This document shows positions 28,232 to 37,211 of a stretch of 64,000 bases of DNA, in pieces. The position numbers and the translations under genes were made by a program. A model generated the notes under the pieces. That model had not been told where the DNA came from and ran no database searches. It saw only the letters and a list, made by a program, of their open reading frames with translations. This DNA is from Candidatus Melainabacteria bacterium RIFCSPHIGHO2_02_FULL_34_12 (GTDB lineage Bacteria > Cyanobacteriota > Vampirovibrionia > 2-02-FULL-35-15): the NCBI GenBank assembly GCA_001784555.1, contig MFRM01000003.1:65606-129605 (forward strand), read 5' to 3'. Each line of letters begins with the position of its first letter. Within the stretch, counting starts at the first letter, position 1.

Positions 28232-29023
28232 CTAGCTGACTTTAGGAAGCTTATATCCAATGCCTCTCACAGTTTGAATTAAAGTAGGTTCATCTGGATT
28301 ATCTTCTAACTTGCTTCTTAACCTACTGACATGTGTTCTTACTATATAGACATCTGACTGAGTCCTGACTGGAAAACCCCATGCTTCTTCGAGTAATTGT
28401 TCATGAGTCATAGGCTCACCGGAATATTTCACAAGTGTTTCAAGAAGAGCAAATTCTTTTTCAGTCAGATGTACTCTTTGTCCTTTGCGGAAAACCTGGC
28501 GTTTTGCAATGTCAATTTTTACATCTTCAAAAACAAGAACCTGACCTACATGAGTGCTTTGGTTTTGGGTTTGTTCTTCTATAGAATGAACTCTACCAAT
28601 GCGTTTCAAGAGCCCACTTATTCTTATTTCGAGTTCCATGGGACTAAAAGGTTTTTTTATAAAATCATCAGCTCCATGTTCAAGTCCTTTAACAATACTT
28701 GGTTCATCATTTGCAGCTGAGAGAATTATTATTGGCACAAATGATTTTTTTCTTATTTGTTCAGTTAATTCAAAACCACCCATTTCAGGCAACATAAGAT
28801 CAACAATCACAAGATCAGGAAGATTTTGATTAAATACTTCAAGTGCTTCTACTCCGTTTGATGCAGTGATTACTTGATAACCTTTTTGCTGTAATCTGAA
28901 TGCAACTATTCTTCTAATTGCAGCTTCATCATCAACTACTAAAACCTTCCATGGAATTTCATTGGTTTGGTTTGATGTGTTACTTGTGATATTACATACA
29001 GTTGGTTCTGTAGCTGTTATCAT
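28232..29023 (-). CDS. OmpR-family response regulator
   Basis: VVDDE, DLMLPEMGG, GADDFIKKPF, LTEKEFALL, IQTVRGIGY. Confidence 0.95.
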   Translation of the reverse strand: MITATEPTVCNITSNTSNQTNEIPWKVLVVDDEAAIRRIVAFRLQQKGYQVITASNGVEALEVFNQNLPDLVIVDLMLPEMGGFELTEQIRKKSFVPIIILSAANDEPSIVKGLEHGADDFIKKPFSPMELEIRISGLLKRIGRVHSIEEQTQNQSTHVGQVLVFEDVKIDIAKRQVFRKGQRVHLTEKEFALLETLVKYSGEPMTHEQLLEEAWGFPVRTQSDVYIVRTHVSRLRSKLEDNPDEPTLIQTVRGIGYKLPKVS

Positions 29024-29037
29024 GATTTCTCCTTCGT

Positions 29038-30495
29038 TCAGTACGCTTTTGCAAAAATTACTTTTTCTTTTGCTTTTTTATTACAAGAGATACAATAACC
29101 TTCTTCTTGGATTTGGTCAACTGGCAATTTAAATGGTATGCATCTAATAGTAGCCTTGGTTTTTTGTTTTAAAATTTCTTCACAATTTTCATTTCCACAC
29201 CAAAAACAAATTAAATAACCGCCAGATTTCATTTTTTCAGTAAATTCTTTTTGATCAGTAACTGTAAATGTATTTTTATTTAAATATTCGCTTGCCTGTC
29301 TGAACAAATTTTCCTGTATCTCGGTTGACAATTTTAATAAATACTCATTTAATCCTTTTTGCTGAACATTTTTTAATTTCTCACCTGTATCTCTCCTTAC
29401 AATTTCAACAACATTGTTACTAATGTCTTTTGGACCCAAATTAATGCGTATTGGGACTCCTTTCATTTCCCAGAAATTAAATTTCCAGCCAGGACTTAAT
29501 TGCTCCCTGTCATCAATCTTCACACGAAAATCTTTACTTAAATTATTTAAAATTTCTTTACATTTATCCAACACCATTTCTTTATCTGGTTGTTCTTTAT
29601 ATATAGGTACTATAACAATCTGAACCGGTGCAATTTTAGGAGGAAGCTTTAGTCCTTTTTCATCATGATGTGTCATGATTACAGCACCAATTAGCCTGGT
29701 GGAAACTCCCCAGCTTGTCTGATGAACATGTTGAAGCTGTCCGTTTTGATCCTGAAATTTTGTATCAAATGCTTTTGCAAAGTTTTGCCCTAAATAATGA
29801 GATGTGCCCATTTGAAGTGATTTACCATCTTTCATAAGACCTTCAATACAATAAGTAGTAACTGCTCCGGCAAATCTTTGATTTTCAGTTTTTATTCCAT
29901 CCATTACTGGAATTGCCAGAATTGTTTCGCTTAAAGTTTTGTAAACATTAAGCATTTTCAATGTCTCTTCTTCTGCTTCTTCTTTTGTAACATGTGCTGT
30001 ATGGCCTTCCTGCCAGAGGAACTCGGTAGTTCTTAGAAAAAGCCTGGTTCTCATTTCCCATCTGACAATATTTGCCCACTGATTAATAAGCATGGGCAAA
30101 TCACGGTAAGACTGAATCCACTTACTGAACATATGATTAATTATGGTTTCTGATGTAGGTCTTATTACAAGTTTTTCTTCAAGTTCTTTTCCACCGCCAT
30201 AAGTTACTACTGCACATTCAGGAGCAAAACCTTCTACATGTTCTTTTTCTTTCTGTAAAAAACTTTCAGGAATAAATAAAGGAAAGTATGCATTCTGGTG
30301 CCCGGTATCTTTTATCATTTTGTCCAGAGTAGATTGAATTAATTCCCATATGGCATAGCCATAAGGTCTTATTACCATGCAGCCTTTTACCGGTGAATAA
30401 TCTGCAAGTTCAGCCTCAAGAGCAAGTTTGGCTAGTAAACTTTCGCCTTGATCGAGATCTTTTTCAGCTATCTCAGTGTTTTCTGTTTTTGGCAT
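29038..30495 (-). CDS. proS: proline--tRNA ligase (archaeal/eukaryotic type)
   Basis: YFPLFIP, IRPTSET, QWANIVRWEMRTRLFLRTTEFLWQEGH, QTSWGVSTR, C-terminal FAKAY. Confidence 0.97.
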   Translation of the reverse strand: MPKTENTEIAEKDLDQGESLLAKLALEAELADYSPVKGCMVIRPYGYAIWELIQSTLDKMIKDTGHQNAYFPLFIPESFLQKEKEHVEGFAPECAVVTYGGGKELEEKLVIRPTSETIINHMFSKWIQSYRDLPMLINQWANIVRWEMRTRLFLRTTEFLWQEGHTAHVTKEEAEEETLKMLNVYKTLSETILAIPVMDGIKTENQRFAGAVTTYCIEGLMKDGKSLQMGTSHYLGQNFAKAFDTKFQDQNGQLQHVHQTSWGVSTRLIGAVIMTHHDEKGLKLPPKIAPVQIVIVPIYKEQPDKEMVLDKCKEILNNLSKDFRVKIDDREQLSPGWKFNFWEMKGVPIRINLGPKDISNNVVEIVRRDTGEKLKNVQQKGLNEYLLKLSTEIQENLFRQASEYLNKNTFTVTDQKEFTEKMKSGGYLICFWCGNENCEEILKQKTKATIRCIPFKLPVDQIQEEGYCISCNKKAKEKVIFAKAY

Positions 30496-30623
30496 TAATG
30501 CTTATGAGATTTTTTTTTCTCTTCGTCTCGTTTTGGTTTAATAGAAAATTCATAGTTAATATAATATGTGCCTAGCAAAAAACCAAGTAGCACAATTAAT
30601 CCTCCCACAAAACTTAACGTCAT
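30495..30623 (-). CDS. 42-aa single-TM peptide with a charged tail, missing from the ORF track
   Basis: MTLSFVGGLIVLLGFLLGTYYINYEFSIKPKRDEEKKKSHKH*; ATGA overlap upstream and TAATG overlap with the proS start. Confidence 0.65.
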   Translation of the reverse strand: MTLSFVGGLIVLLGFLLGTYYINYEFSIKPKRDEEKKKSHKH

Positions 30624-30844
30624 TTTTCATCTCCTTTATGTAATATATCATATCCTTCTTTAATCAGACTAAAACCAATTACAGACAGTAAAAGAGAAAT
30701 AGTTGTAAGCATAGCAAGTGTAAGTATGTCATAGTATTTCCCCAGATATACAACATCAAAAAAGAATCTTCCACTTGGCGCAAAAAAAGCTAAGCCTAAA
30801 ATTCTTTTTGTATCTGATTTATATTTTATTGAATCTAAAGCCAT
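30620..30844 (-). CDS. small two-TM membrane protein, paralog of 36923-37153
   Basis: KY.S...R.LG.AF.AP.G...F..V motif shared with the 36923 ORF. Confidence 0.7.
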   Translation of the reverse strand: MALDSIKYKSDTKRILGLAFFAPSGRFFFDVVYLGKYYDILTLAMLTTISLLLSVIGFSLIKEGYDILHKGDEK

Positions 30845-30940
30845 ATGCCGATTATACAAAACAAAATCCTTAATTTTCTACAAGGTAATTACTGTATTGA
30901 TGATACTTTGGGTTACATTAGAAATTCTTTATGAAAAATC

Positions 30941-32008
30941 TTAAATAGCAATCACTGGCTGCTTGGCATTTATCGTAGTTACAGAAGCACTGGCTGCAAT
31001 TTTACCTGCTACTTCTTTAAATGTTTTTGAAATTTCATGCTCAGGATTTACTGCACAAATAGGCTTACCTGAATCTCCACCTTCTCTTACCTTAAGTTCA
31101 ATTGGTATTCTTCCTAAAAACGGCACATTTAAATTCTTTGCTGCTTTTTCTCCGCCGCCATAACTGAATATTTCTGTTCTTTCATCACACTTCGGGCAGA
31201 TAAAGTAACTCATGTTTTCAACTACGCCTAGAATAGGTACTTTCATCTGCTTAAACATGTTTACTGATTTTCTGGAATCAAGAAGTGCAACATCCTGAGG
31301 TGTGGTAACTATTACTCCACCAGCCAAAGGCACTGCCTGACAAATAGTAAGCTGGGCATCACCAGTTCCAGGAGGAAGATCTACAAGTAAATAATCCAGC
31401 TCTCCCCAAATAACATCTCTTAAAAATTGTTTTATTACTCCATCCAGCATAGGTCCGCGCCAGACAACTGGCTGGTCAGGAGGAACAAGTACCCCCATTG
31501 AAATATATTTAATTCCATAGTTTTCCTTAGGAATAATTTTTGCGTTTTCTACTTTCGGTGGTTCTTGTGATCCCATCATAATAGGAACATTGGGACCTGT
31601 TATATCTGCATCCAGAAGCCCGACTTTTGCTCCCATCTGTGAAAGAGCAATTGCCACATTTACTGAAACAGTGGTTTTCCCGACTCCACCTTTACCTGAG
31701 CTAATTGCAATAATCTGATTTATTCCTTTTAGTGCTTCTTTTCCCTGAGCACCATGTTTACGTACTTCGCCTGTCATATTAATTTTTATATTTTCAGGCT
31801 TAAACCCAACAGCACTAACGGCTTTTTTACAATCTTCTTCTATAATTGTCTTTAACGGACATGCAGGTGTGGTAAGCACAACGGTAAAAGATACTTTGTC
31901 GCCTTCAATTTTTATGTCACGCACCATATTTAAAGAAACAAGATCTTGATTTAATTCCGGATCATTTACTTTTCCAAGCGCCTGTTTTACTTTCTCAATG
32001 TTCATCAA
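30941..32008 (-). CDS. apbC: Mrp/ApbC Fe-S cluster carrier ATPase
   Basis: V.DPEL..DLVSL, LTTPACP, SSGKGGVGKT, WRGPM, DLPPGTGD, ENMSYFICPKC. Confidence 0.95.
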   Translation of the reverse strand: MMNIEKVKQALGKVNDPELNQDLVSLNMVRDIKIEGDKVSFTVVLTTPACPLKTIIEEDCKKAVSAVGFKPENIKINMTGEVRKHGAQGKEALKGINQIIAISSGKGGVGKTTVSVNVAIALSQMGAKVGLLDADITGPNVPIMMGSQEPPKVENAKIIPKENYGIKYISMGVLVPPDQPVVWRGPMLDGVIKQFLRDVIWGELDYLLVDLPPGTGDAQLTICQAVPLAGGVIVTTPQDVALLDSRKSVNMFKQMKVPILGVVENMSYFICPKCDERTEIFSYGGGEKAAKNLNVPFLGRIPIELKVREGGDSGKPICAVNPEHEISKTFKEVAGKIAASASVTTINAKQPVIAI

Positions 32009-32026
32009 TATTCAATAATAACATTT

Positions 32027-32053
32027 ATAGAGACTTAGTAACTATGTCTCTAC
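32027..32053. repeat. family A palindrome upstream of apbC
   Basis: Minus strand reads GTAGAGACATAGTTACTAAGTCTCTAT. Confidence 0.7.
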
Positions 32054-32096
32054 TACAAGCGTTGATTCATGGTGATATTACTAAAACAAAAATTTA

Positions 32097-32183
32097 TTAG
32101 CTAATTGATCTAAATACACCAATTACAATTGCCATTATTACTATGAATCCGTGAAGTCCAAATTTTTCAATTACGTTTTGCAT
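32097..32183 (-). CDS. possible 28-aa hydrophobic peptide
   Basis: MQNVIEKFGLHGFIVIMAIVIGVFRSIS* preceded by AGTAGGA. Confidence 0.4.
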   Translation of the reverse strand: MQNVIEKFGLHGFIVIMAIVIGVFRSIS

Positions 32184-32299
32184 AAAATTTTCCTACTACT
32201 ATATTTATAAAGATATTTCTTTAAGAACTTGATAAGTAACCTGAAAATCTTATACCCGCTGTTACAGTGGTTTTAACTGATTCTTAACCTTAACCAAAT

Positions 32300-32329
32300 A
32301 GTAGAGGCGTTGCGCGCAACGCCTCTACT
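32300..32329. repeat. family A perfect palindrome just after the asd stop
   Basis: agtagaggcgttgcgcgcaacgcctctact. Confidence 0.95.
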
Positions 32330-32336
32330 GCAAACA

Positions 32337-33380
32337 TTAATTTTTCTTGCTAAGCAAAAGAGATTCTTTTAGCAATACCTCTGCAATTCTTACTGCATTC
32401 AGCGCTGCACCTATTCGTAAATTATCAGCTACTATCCAGAGATTAAAAGTGTTTGGATTAGATTTATCTTCCCTTATACGTCCGACATAAACAGGATCTG
32501 TTCCTGCAATATCAATTGCCATGGGATATTTCTCAGAGGATGGATCATCAATAATTTCAATTAGAGGCATTGCACGCAATGCCCTTACAATGTCATCGCG
32601 AGATATTTGTTTTTCAAACTCTACATTCACGCTTTCGCTATGACCGATATAAACCGGCACACGTACTGCCGTACAGGTAATTTTTAAATTTGGTAAGCCT
32701 AAGATTTTTCTTGATTCATTAATTACTTTTATTTCTTCTTTCGTATACCCATCATCAGAAAAAACATCTATATGAGGGATGACATTAAATGCAAATTTTC
32801 TGTTTGTTGAGACGTTGCACGCAACGTCTTTACCTTGCAAGATATTTTTTGATTGCTCTGTAAGTTCATCCATGGCTGCTTTTCCAGCACCTGAAACGCT
32901 TTGATAAGTGCTAACTATTACTCTTTTTAATCCTGCAAGATCTTGAAGAACTTTTAAAGGTGGCATAAGCTGTGCTGTCGTACAGTTTGGATTTGCAATT
33001 ATGCCTTTGTGTTTTTTTAGATCATGGTTATTTACACCTGCAACTACAAGTGGCACATCAGGATCCATGCGATATGCAGAGCTATTATCCACTACCACTG
33101 CACCAGATTTCACTGCATGCGGGACAAGTTCTTTACTTATCGTTCCACCTGCTGATGCTAAAACCAGATCAATACCATTAAAGCTGTCTTTAGTAGCAAG
33201 CTCAACAGTGTATTCTTTTTCTTTAAATTTTACTTTCGTTCCGGCAGATTTTTTACTGGCAAGAAGTTTTAGATTTTTAATCGGAAAATTTTTCTCTTCA
33301 AGAACTTCAAGAAATTTACGACCTACATTGCCTGTGGCTCCCAAGATAGCAAGATTTACGCCTGATTCATTATTCACCAT
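32337..33380 (-). CDS. asd: aspartate-semialdehyde dehydrogenase
   Basis: GATGNVG, VDNSSAYRM, IANPNCTT, TYQSVSGAG, RVPV..GHS, DNLRIGAA. Confidence 0.97.
   Translation of the reverse strand: MVNNESGVNLAILGATGNVGRKFLEVLEEKNFPIKNLKLLASKKSAGTKVKFKEKEYTVELATKDSFNGIDLVLASAGGTISKELVPHAVKSGAVVVDNSSAYRMDPDVPLVVAGVNNHDLKKHKGIIANPNCTTAQLMPPLKVLQDLAGLKRVIVSTYQSVSGAGKAAMDELTEQSKNILQGKDVACNVSTNRKFAFNVIPHIDVFSDDGYTKEEIKVINESRKILGLPNLKITCTAVRVPVYIGHSESVNVEFEKQISRDDIVRALRAMPLIEIIDDPSSEKYPMAIDIAGTDPVYVGRIREDKSNPNTFNLWIVADNLRIGAALNAVRIAEVLLKESLLLSKKN
32561..32589. repeat. family A palindrome in asd (VRALRAMPL)
   Basis: ttagaggcattgcacgcaatgcccttaca. Confidence 0.85.
32806..32833. repeat. family A palindrome in asd (GKDVACNVST)
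   Basis: gttgagacgttgcacgcaacgtctttac. Confidence 0.85.
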
Positions 33381-33501
33381 ATAGGTATATTACAATAAAA
33401 TAACCCTGTAGCAACCTACATTTTGAAGAATATGATTTTAATTCTAAACAAAACATAAAATTCATTGACGATTGTTTCAAATCAATATATATTAATTTCA
33501 T

Positions 33502-34416
33502 ATGCAAAACCCATTTGGTCAAGTTTTAACAGCAATGATCACACCTTTTTGTAGAGGCGAGGTAACCTCGCCTCTACAAATAGATTATGAAGGCACTGAA
33601 AAATTAATTGACCATTTAATTAAGACTGGAACAGACACAATCATAGTTGCTGGCACTACAGGTGAAAGTCCTACCTTATCTCATGAAGAAGAAAGAGAAC
33701 TTTGCAAATTTGTACAAAAAACTACGGGCAAAAAAATTAAAATAATTCTAGGTGCAGGTTCTAATTCCACAGCAACTGCAATTGAATCCACAAAAGAAGC
33801 AGAAAAATTAGGCGTAGATGGAGTACTTTCTGTAGTTCCTTATTACAACAAACCAAATCAAAGAGGACTTATTGAACATTTTAGTCAGATTGCAAAGTCT
33901 ACAAGTCTGCCAATTATTTTGTATAACATTCCAGGTCGTACTGGAATAAATATGGAGCCTCAAACAGCAGCAGAACTTGTCAGTAAATTTAAAAATATAA
34001 TTGGATATAAAGATGCTACAGGTAATCTGGAAAATACCAGCCAAGTAATACAATTAGCACCAAAAGGATTCCTTATATATAGCGGGGATGACAGCTTAAC
34101 CCTTCCAATGTTATCTATAGGAGCTGTTGGTGTTATAAGCGTAGCCAGTCATATTGTTGGAAATGAAATTAAGGATATGATAAATTCTTTCTTTACGGGT
34201 AAAATAGATAAAGCAAAAGAGATTCATAACAAACTTTTTCCTTTATTTAAAGCATTATTTAAGGCACCAAATCCTACATGTATAAAAGCAGCACTGGAAA
34301 TAAAAGGAATATGCAAATCAGATTTAAGATTGCCACTTGTAAAATTAACTGAAAAAGAATTAGCTGAATTAAAAATGGTGATTGAAAAAATAGAAAATCA
34401 ATTAATCAAGGCATAA
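33502..34416 (+). CDS. dapA: 4-hydroxy-tetrahydrodipicolinate synthase
   Basis: TAMITPF, GTTGESPTL, PYYNKP, LYNIPGRTG, GYKDA, YSGDD. Confidence 0.97.
   Translation: MQNPFGQVLTAMITPFCRGEVTSPLQIDYEGTEKLIDHLIKTGTDTIIVAGTTGESPTLSHEEERELCKFVQKTTGKKIKIILGAGSNSTATAIESTKEAEKLGVDGVLSVVPYYNKPNQRGLIEHFSQIAKSTSLPIILYNIPGRTGINMEPQTAAELVSKFKNIIGYKDATGNLENTSQVIQLAPKGFLIYSGDDSLTLPMLSIGAVGVISVASHIVGNEIKDMINSFFTGKIDKAKEIHNKLFPLFKALFKAPNPTCIKAALEIKGICKSDLRLPLVKLTEKELAELKMVIEKIENQLIKA
33550..33578. repeat. family A perfect palindrome in dapA (CRGEVTSPLQ)
   Basis: tgtagaggcgaggtaacctcgcctctaca. Confidence 0.95.
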
Positions 34417-34424
34417 ACAGATTT

Positions 34425-34453
34425 CCCGCCACAGGCGGGTCCGCCTAGGGCGG
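34425..34453. repeat. tandem GC mini-hairpins after dapA (possible terminator or repeat)
   Basis: cccgcc-aca-ggcggg then tccgcc-tag-ggcgga; a similar cccgcctttggcggg sits in the 19561 element. Confidence 0.7.
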
Positions 34454-34502
34454 AAAAAACCGGAAAATTCCATCAACATCTGTGTTGATATCGGTAATTA
34501 AA

Positions 34503-34529
34503 TGTAGGGGCATACCAATGTGTTTGCCC
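34503..34529. repeat. family A subtype GTAGGGGCAAAC..ATGTGTTTGCCC, intergenic
   Basis: tgtaggggcataccaatgtgtttgccc; same subtype at 43839 and 63185. Confidence 0.8.
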
Positions 34530-34544
34530 AGTGAAACAAAAAAG

Positions 34545-34570
34545 TTTGGGCTTGCTACAGCAAGCCCAAA
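34545..34570. repeat. 12-bp-stem hairpin just upstream of the rnj ribosome-binding site
   Basis: tttgggcttgct-ac-agcaagcccaaa. Confidence 0.75.
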
Positions 34571-34589
34571 AAGAGGGAAACAATAAACA

Positions 34590-36377
34590 ATGACTAAGAA
34601 TCCAGCAAATACCGAAGAAAAAAAAATCCGCAAAGTAATAAAGCGTGGTGATGACACAGTAGTAGTTACCAAAGGTGAAACCAGCTTAAACGGACATGTA
34701 CCAATAGTCCCCGGATCAAAAGTAAAAGTTATTCCTCTGGGCGGAATGTGTGAAATTGGAAAGAATACCTGGATTATTGAATATGAAGATGAAATGGTTC
34801 TTATAGATGGCGGACTTGCATTCCCTTCAGATGCCATGCCTGGCGTCGAAATAGTTCTGCCTGACATAAGTTATCTGGTTCAAAACAAAAATAAAATTAA
34901 AGGACAAGTTATTACTCACGGACATGAAGATCATATTGGCGGGATTGTGCCTATGCTGAAACAATTTGACATTCCAATAATTTATGGTCCGTCACTGGCA
35001 ATAGGACTTCTGGAAGAAAAACTAAAAGATGCACAGCTTTCTGACAGAACATCTCTTCATAAAGGAAGACCAAGACAAACTTTTAAAATTGGTTCTCTTG
35101 CATTTACTTATACAAGGAATACCCACTCCATAGCTGATAGTTTTTGTCTTATAATTCATACTCCATGCGGAAAAATTGTTCATTCAGGAGATTTTAAATT
35201 TGATTTTACTCCTGTAGATGGAGAGTTTTTTGATGTTTATACCCTAGCAAAAGCTAGTGAAGAAGGAGTTTTACTTTTAATTAGTGACAGTACAAATGTG
35301 GAGAGAGAAGGATATACTCCGTCTGAAAGATCTGTATATGGAAGACTTGAAGAAGAATTTAACAAAGCTCCAGGGCGAATAATAATTACTACATTTGCAT
35401 CACAAGTTCATAGAATAAGACAAATACTTGATATCTGCATTAAAGCAAATAAAAAAGTTGCAATTTTCGGGCGTTCAATGCTTCTACTTGCAACTATTTC
35501 AAGAGAGCTTGGACACATGAAATTTCCAGATGGACTTTTGGTAAACCTGGAAGATTTAAATAAATTGCCCGATGAAAGGACTGTGATTCTTACTACAGGT
35601 TCACAGGGTGAACCGCTTTCAGCACTTACAAGAATGGCATTTGATGAACACAGACAGGTAACCATTCAGCCTAAAGACACTGTAATTATTTCCGCTACAC
35701 CGATTCCTGGGAATGAAAGAGCAGTAGCAAATGTTGTAAATGCCTTAAGCGCTAAAGGTGCCCATGTAGTTTATGGCAGAGAATCAGGTGTACACGTTTC
35801 AGGTCATGCCTGCCGCGAAGAACAAAGAATGCTTTTAAATATTGTAAAACCAAAATATTTCCTTCCTGCTCACGGTGAATACCGAATGCTTGTGCTGCAT
35901 GGAAATGTAGGCGTGGAATGCGGTGTAGATCCAAAAAATGTTTTTCTAATGGAAAACGGTGATGTGCTTGAACTTACAAGCGAATCAGCAAAATTAAACG
36001 GTCAGGTTCCGGCAGGAATAATTATGGTAGATAGTACACGCGTGGGCGATGTAGATGAACATATTATTGAACAAAGGCATAAGCTGGCATCTGAAGGATT
36101 GCTTAGTATTTTACTTACTATAAAAGATAAAAAATCTCTGGCAGAGCCTATTATTGAAGCTAAGGGACTGGTCTTAGCACAAGAAGACAATACTCATGGA
36201 CAGTTTATAAATGATGCAAAGAAAATGGTGATTAAAACTATAAGTGATTTCTTTGAAAAAAACGAAAAAGATATAGAAAAATTAAAAGAAAAGGTTAAAG
36301 CTGAATTAATAAAACTAGTTCATGCAGAGCTTAAAAGGGAACCTTTACTTCAGGTTATTATACTAGAATCTAAATAA
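34590..36377 (+). CDS. rnj: ribonuclease J
   Basis: PLGG..EIGKN, THGHEDHIGG, HSGDFKFD, TGSQGEP, HVSGH, PAHGEYRML. Confidence 0.97.
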   Translation: MTKNPANTEEKKIRKVIKRGDDTVVVTKGETSLNGHVPIVPGSKVKVIPLGGMCEIGKNTWIIEYEDEMVLIDGGLAFPSDAMPGVEIVLPDISYLVQNKNKIKGQVITHGHEDHIGGIVPMLKQFDIPIIYGPSLAIGLLEEKLKDAQLSDRTSLHKGRPRQTFKIGSLAFTYTRNTHSIADSFCLIIHTPCGKIVHSGDFKFDFTPVDGEFFDVYTLAKASEEGVLLLISDSTNVEREGYTPSERSVYGRLEEEFNKAPGRIIITTFASQVHRIRQILDICIKANKKVAIFGRSMLLLATISRELGHMKFPDGLLVNLEDLNKLPDERTVILTTGSQGEPLSALTRMAFDEHRQVTIQPKDTVIISATPIPGNERAVANVVNALSAKGAHVVYGRESGVHVSGHACREEQRMLLNIVKPKYFLPAHGEYRMLVLHGNVGVECGVDPKNVFLMENGDVLELTSESAKLNGQVPAGIIMVDSTRVGDVDEHIIEQRHKLASEGLLSILLTIKDKKSLAEPIIEAKGLVLAQEDNTHGQFINDAKKMVIKTISDFFEKNEKDIEKLKEKVKAELIKLVHAELKREPLLQVIILESK

Positions 36378-36430
36378 GGAATTAATAATTCCCTGATAAA
36401 AGAACAACCAAAAGGGTATTAAATAATTAA

Positions 36431-36673
36431 GTGAACATTGCAGAATTAAAACGCGCCAATATACATGAAATTGATGTCAGTGAACTTCCTGACTATAAAA
36501 TTATCGGGAAATTGCTTCTAGAACAAACCATAAAATCTCCTGGCGACATAATTATTATAGATGAGAAAAGCTATATTACCGTAGAAAAGGTTCATCATTA
36601 CTATTATGACGGTGTAAAATACCAATTCGCTAAAATGACATTCATAGTAAGATCTTTAGAAAGATTTTGCTGA
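36431..36673 (+). CDS. hypothetical protein
   Basis: 80-aa ORF with GTG start filling the gap after rnj. Confidence 0.55.
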   Translation: MNIAELKRANIHEIDVSELPDYKIIGKLLLEQTIKSPGDIIIIDEKSYITVEKVHHYYYDGVKYQFAKMTFIVRSLERFC

Positions 36674-36718
36674 TATCTTCAATGTATAGAACTTACTTAA
36701 AGATCATATTAATCCAAA

Positions 36719-36787
36719 TGTCACCCTGAGAGTTAGCGAAGGGCCTCATTACGTTCAAAGGTCCTTCGCCTTTGGCTCAGGACGACA
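36719..36787. mobile_element. family C MITE-like element (TGTCACCCTGAG...CTCAGGACGACA)
   Basis: Imperfect terminal inverted repeats plus inner pair CGAAGGGCC / GGTCCTTCG, same architecture as family B. Confidence 0.7.
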
Positions 36788-36802
36788 CTTCGTGTCGTTT
36801 TT
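36783..36802 (+). terminator. possible intrinsic terminator
   Basis: cgacac-ttc-gtgtcg followed by ttttt. Confidence 0.45.
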
Positions 36803-36803
36803 G

Positions 36804-36923
36804 TTAGCTTTTTTTTTCTTTTTTATTTCGCTTGTTCATATCATAAGCTATTGCACCAAGTGTAATAAACAATGGGATGAAAAATCCTGCCATTAGCATA
36901 ATTAATTGTTGTTCTTGATTCAT
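36804..36923 (-). CDS. 39-aa single-TM peptide with a basic tail, missing from the ORF track
   Basis: MNQEQQLIMLMAGFFIPLFITLGAIAYDMNKRNKKEKKS*; TAATG coupling to the upstream ORF. Confidence 0.65.
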   Translation of the reverse strand: MNQEQQLIMLMAGFFIPLFITLGAIAYDMNKRNKKEKKS

Positions 36924-37153
36924 TATTTTTTCTCTTTAATCGGAATATACCCTAAATAGAAGAATAAGCAACCTAGTAATAATATTAACACAGCCCAGAA
37001 AACATAGCCATCCAAAGGACTTTTCTTAAAAACAATAGTCTGAAACATTATTGATCCTATGGGTGCTAAAAATGCAAAGCCAAGATTTCTTAATATTCCA
37101 GAAAAATATTTTTGCTCTTCAGTAATCACATTGCCATTTAAGCATAAGAACAA
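36923..37153 (-). CDS. small two-TM membrane protein, paralog of 30620-30844 (start uncertain)
   Basis: QKYFSGILRNLGFAFLAPIGSIMFQTIV...LGYIPIKEKK. Confidence 0.68.
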   Translation of the reverse strand: MFLCLNGNVITEEQKYFSGILRNLGFAFLAPIGSIMFQTIVFKKSPLDGYVFWAVLILLLGCLFFYLGYIPIKEKK

Positions 37154-37211
37154 ATTATGTTTAATTTCATGTAACCCAGAGTATCAAAAACATAACAGAT
37201 GATACTGTCGG

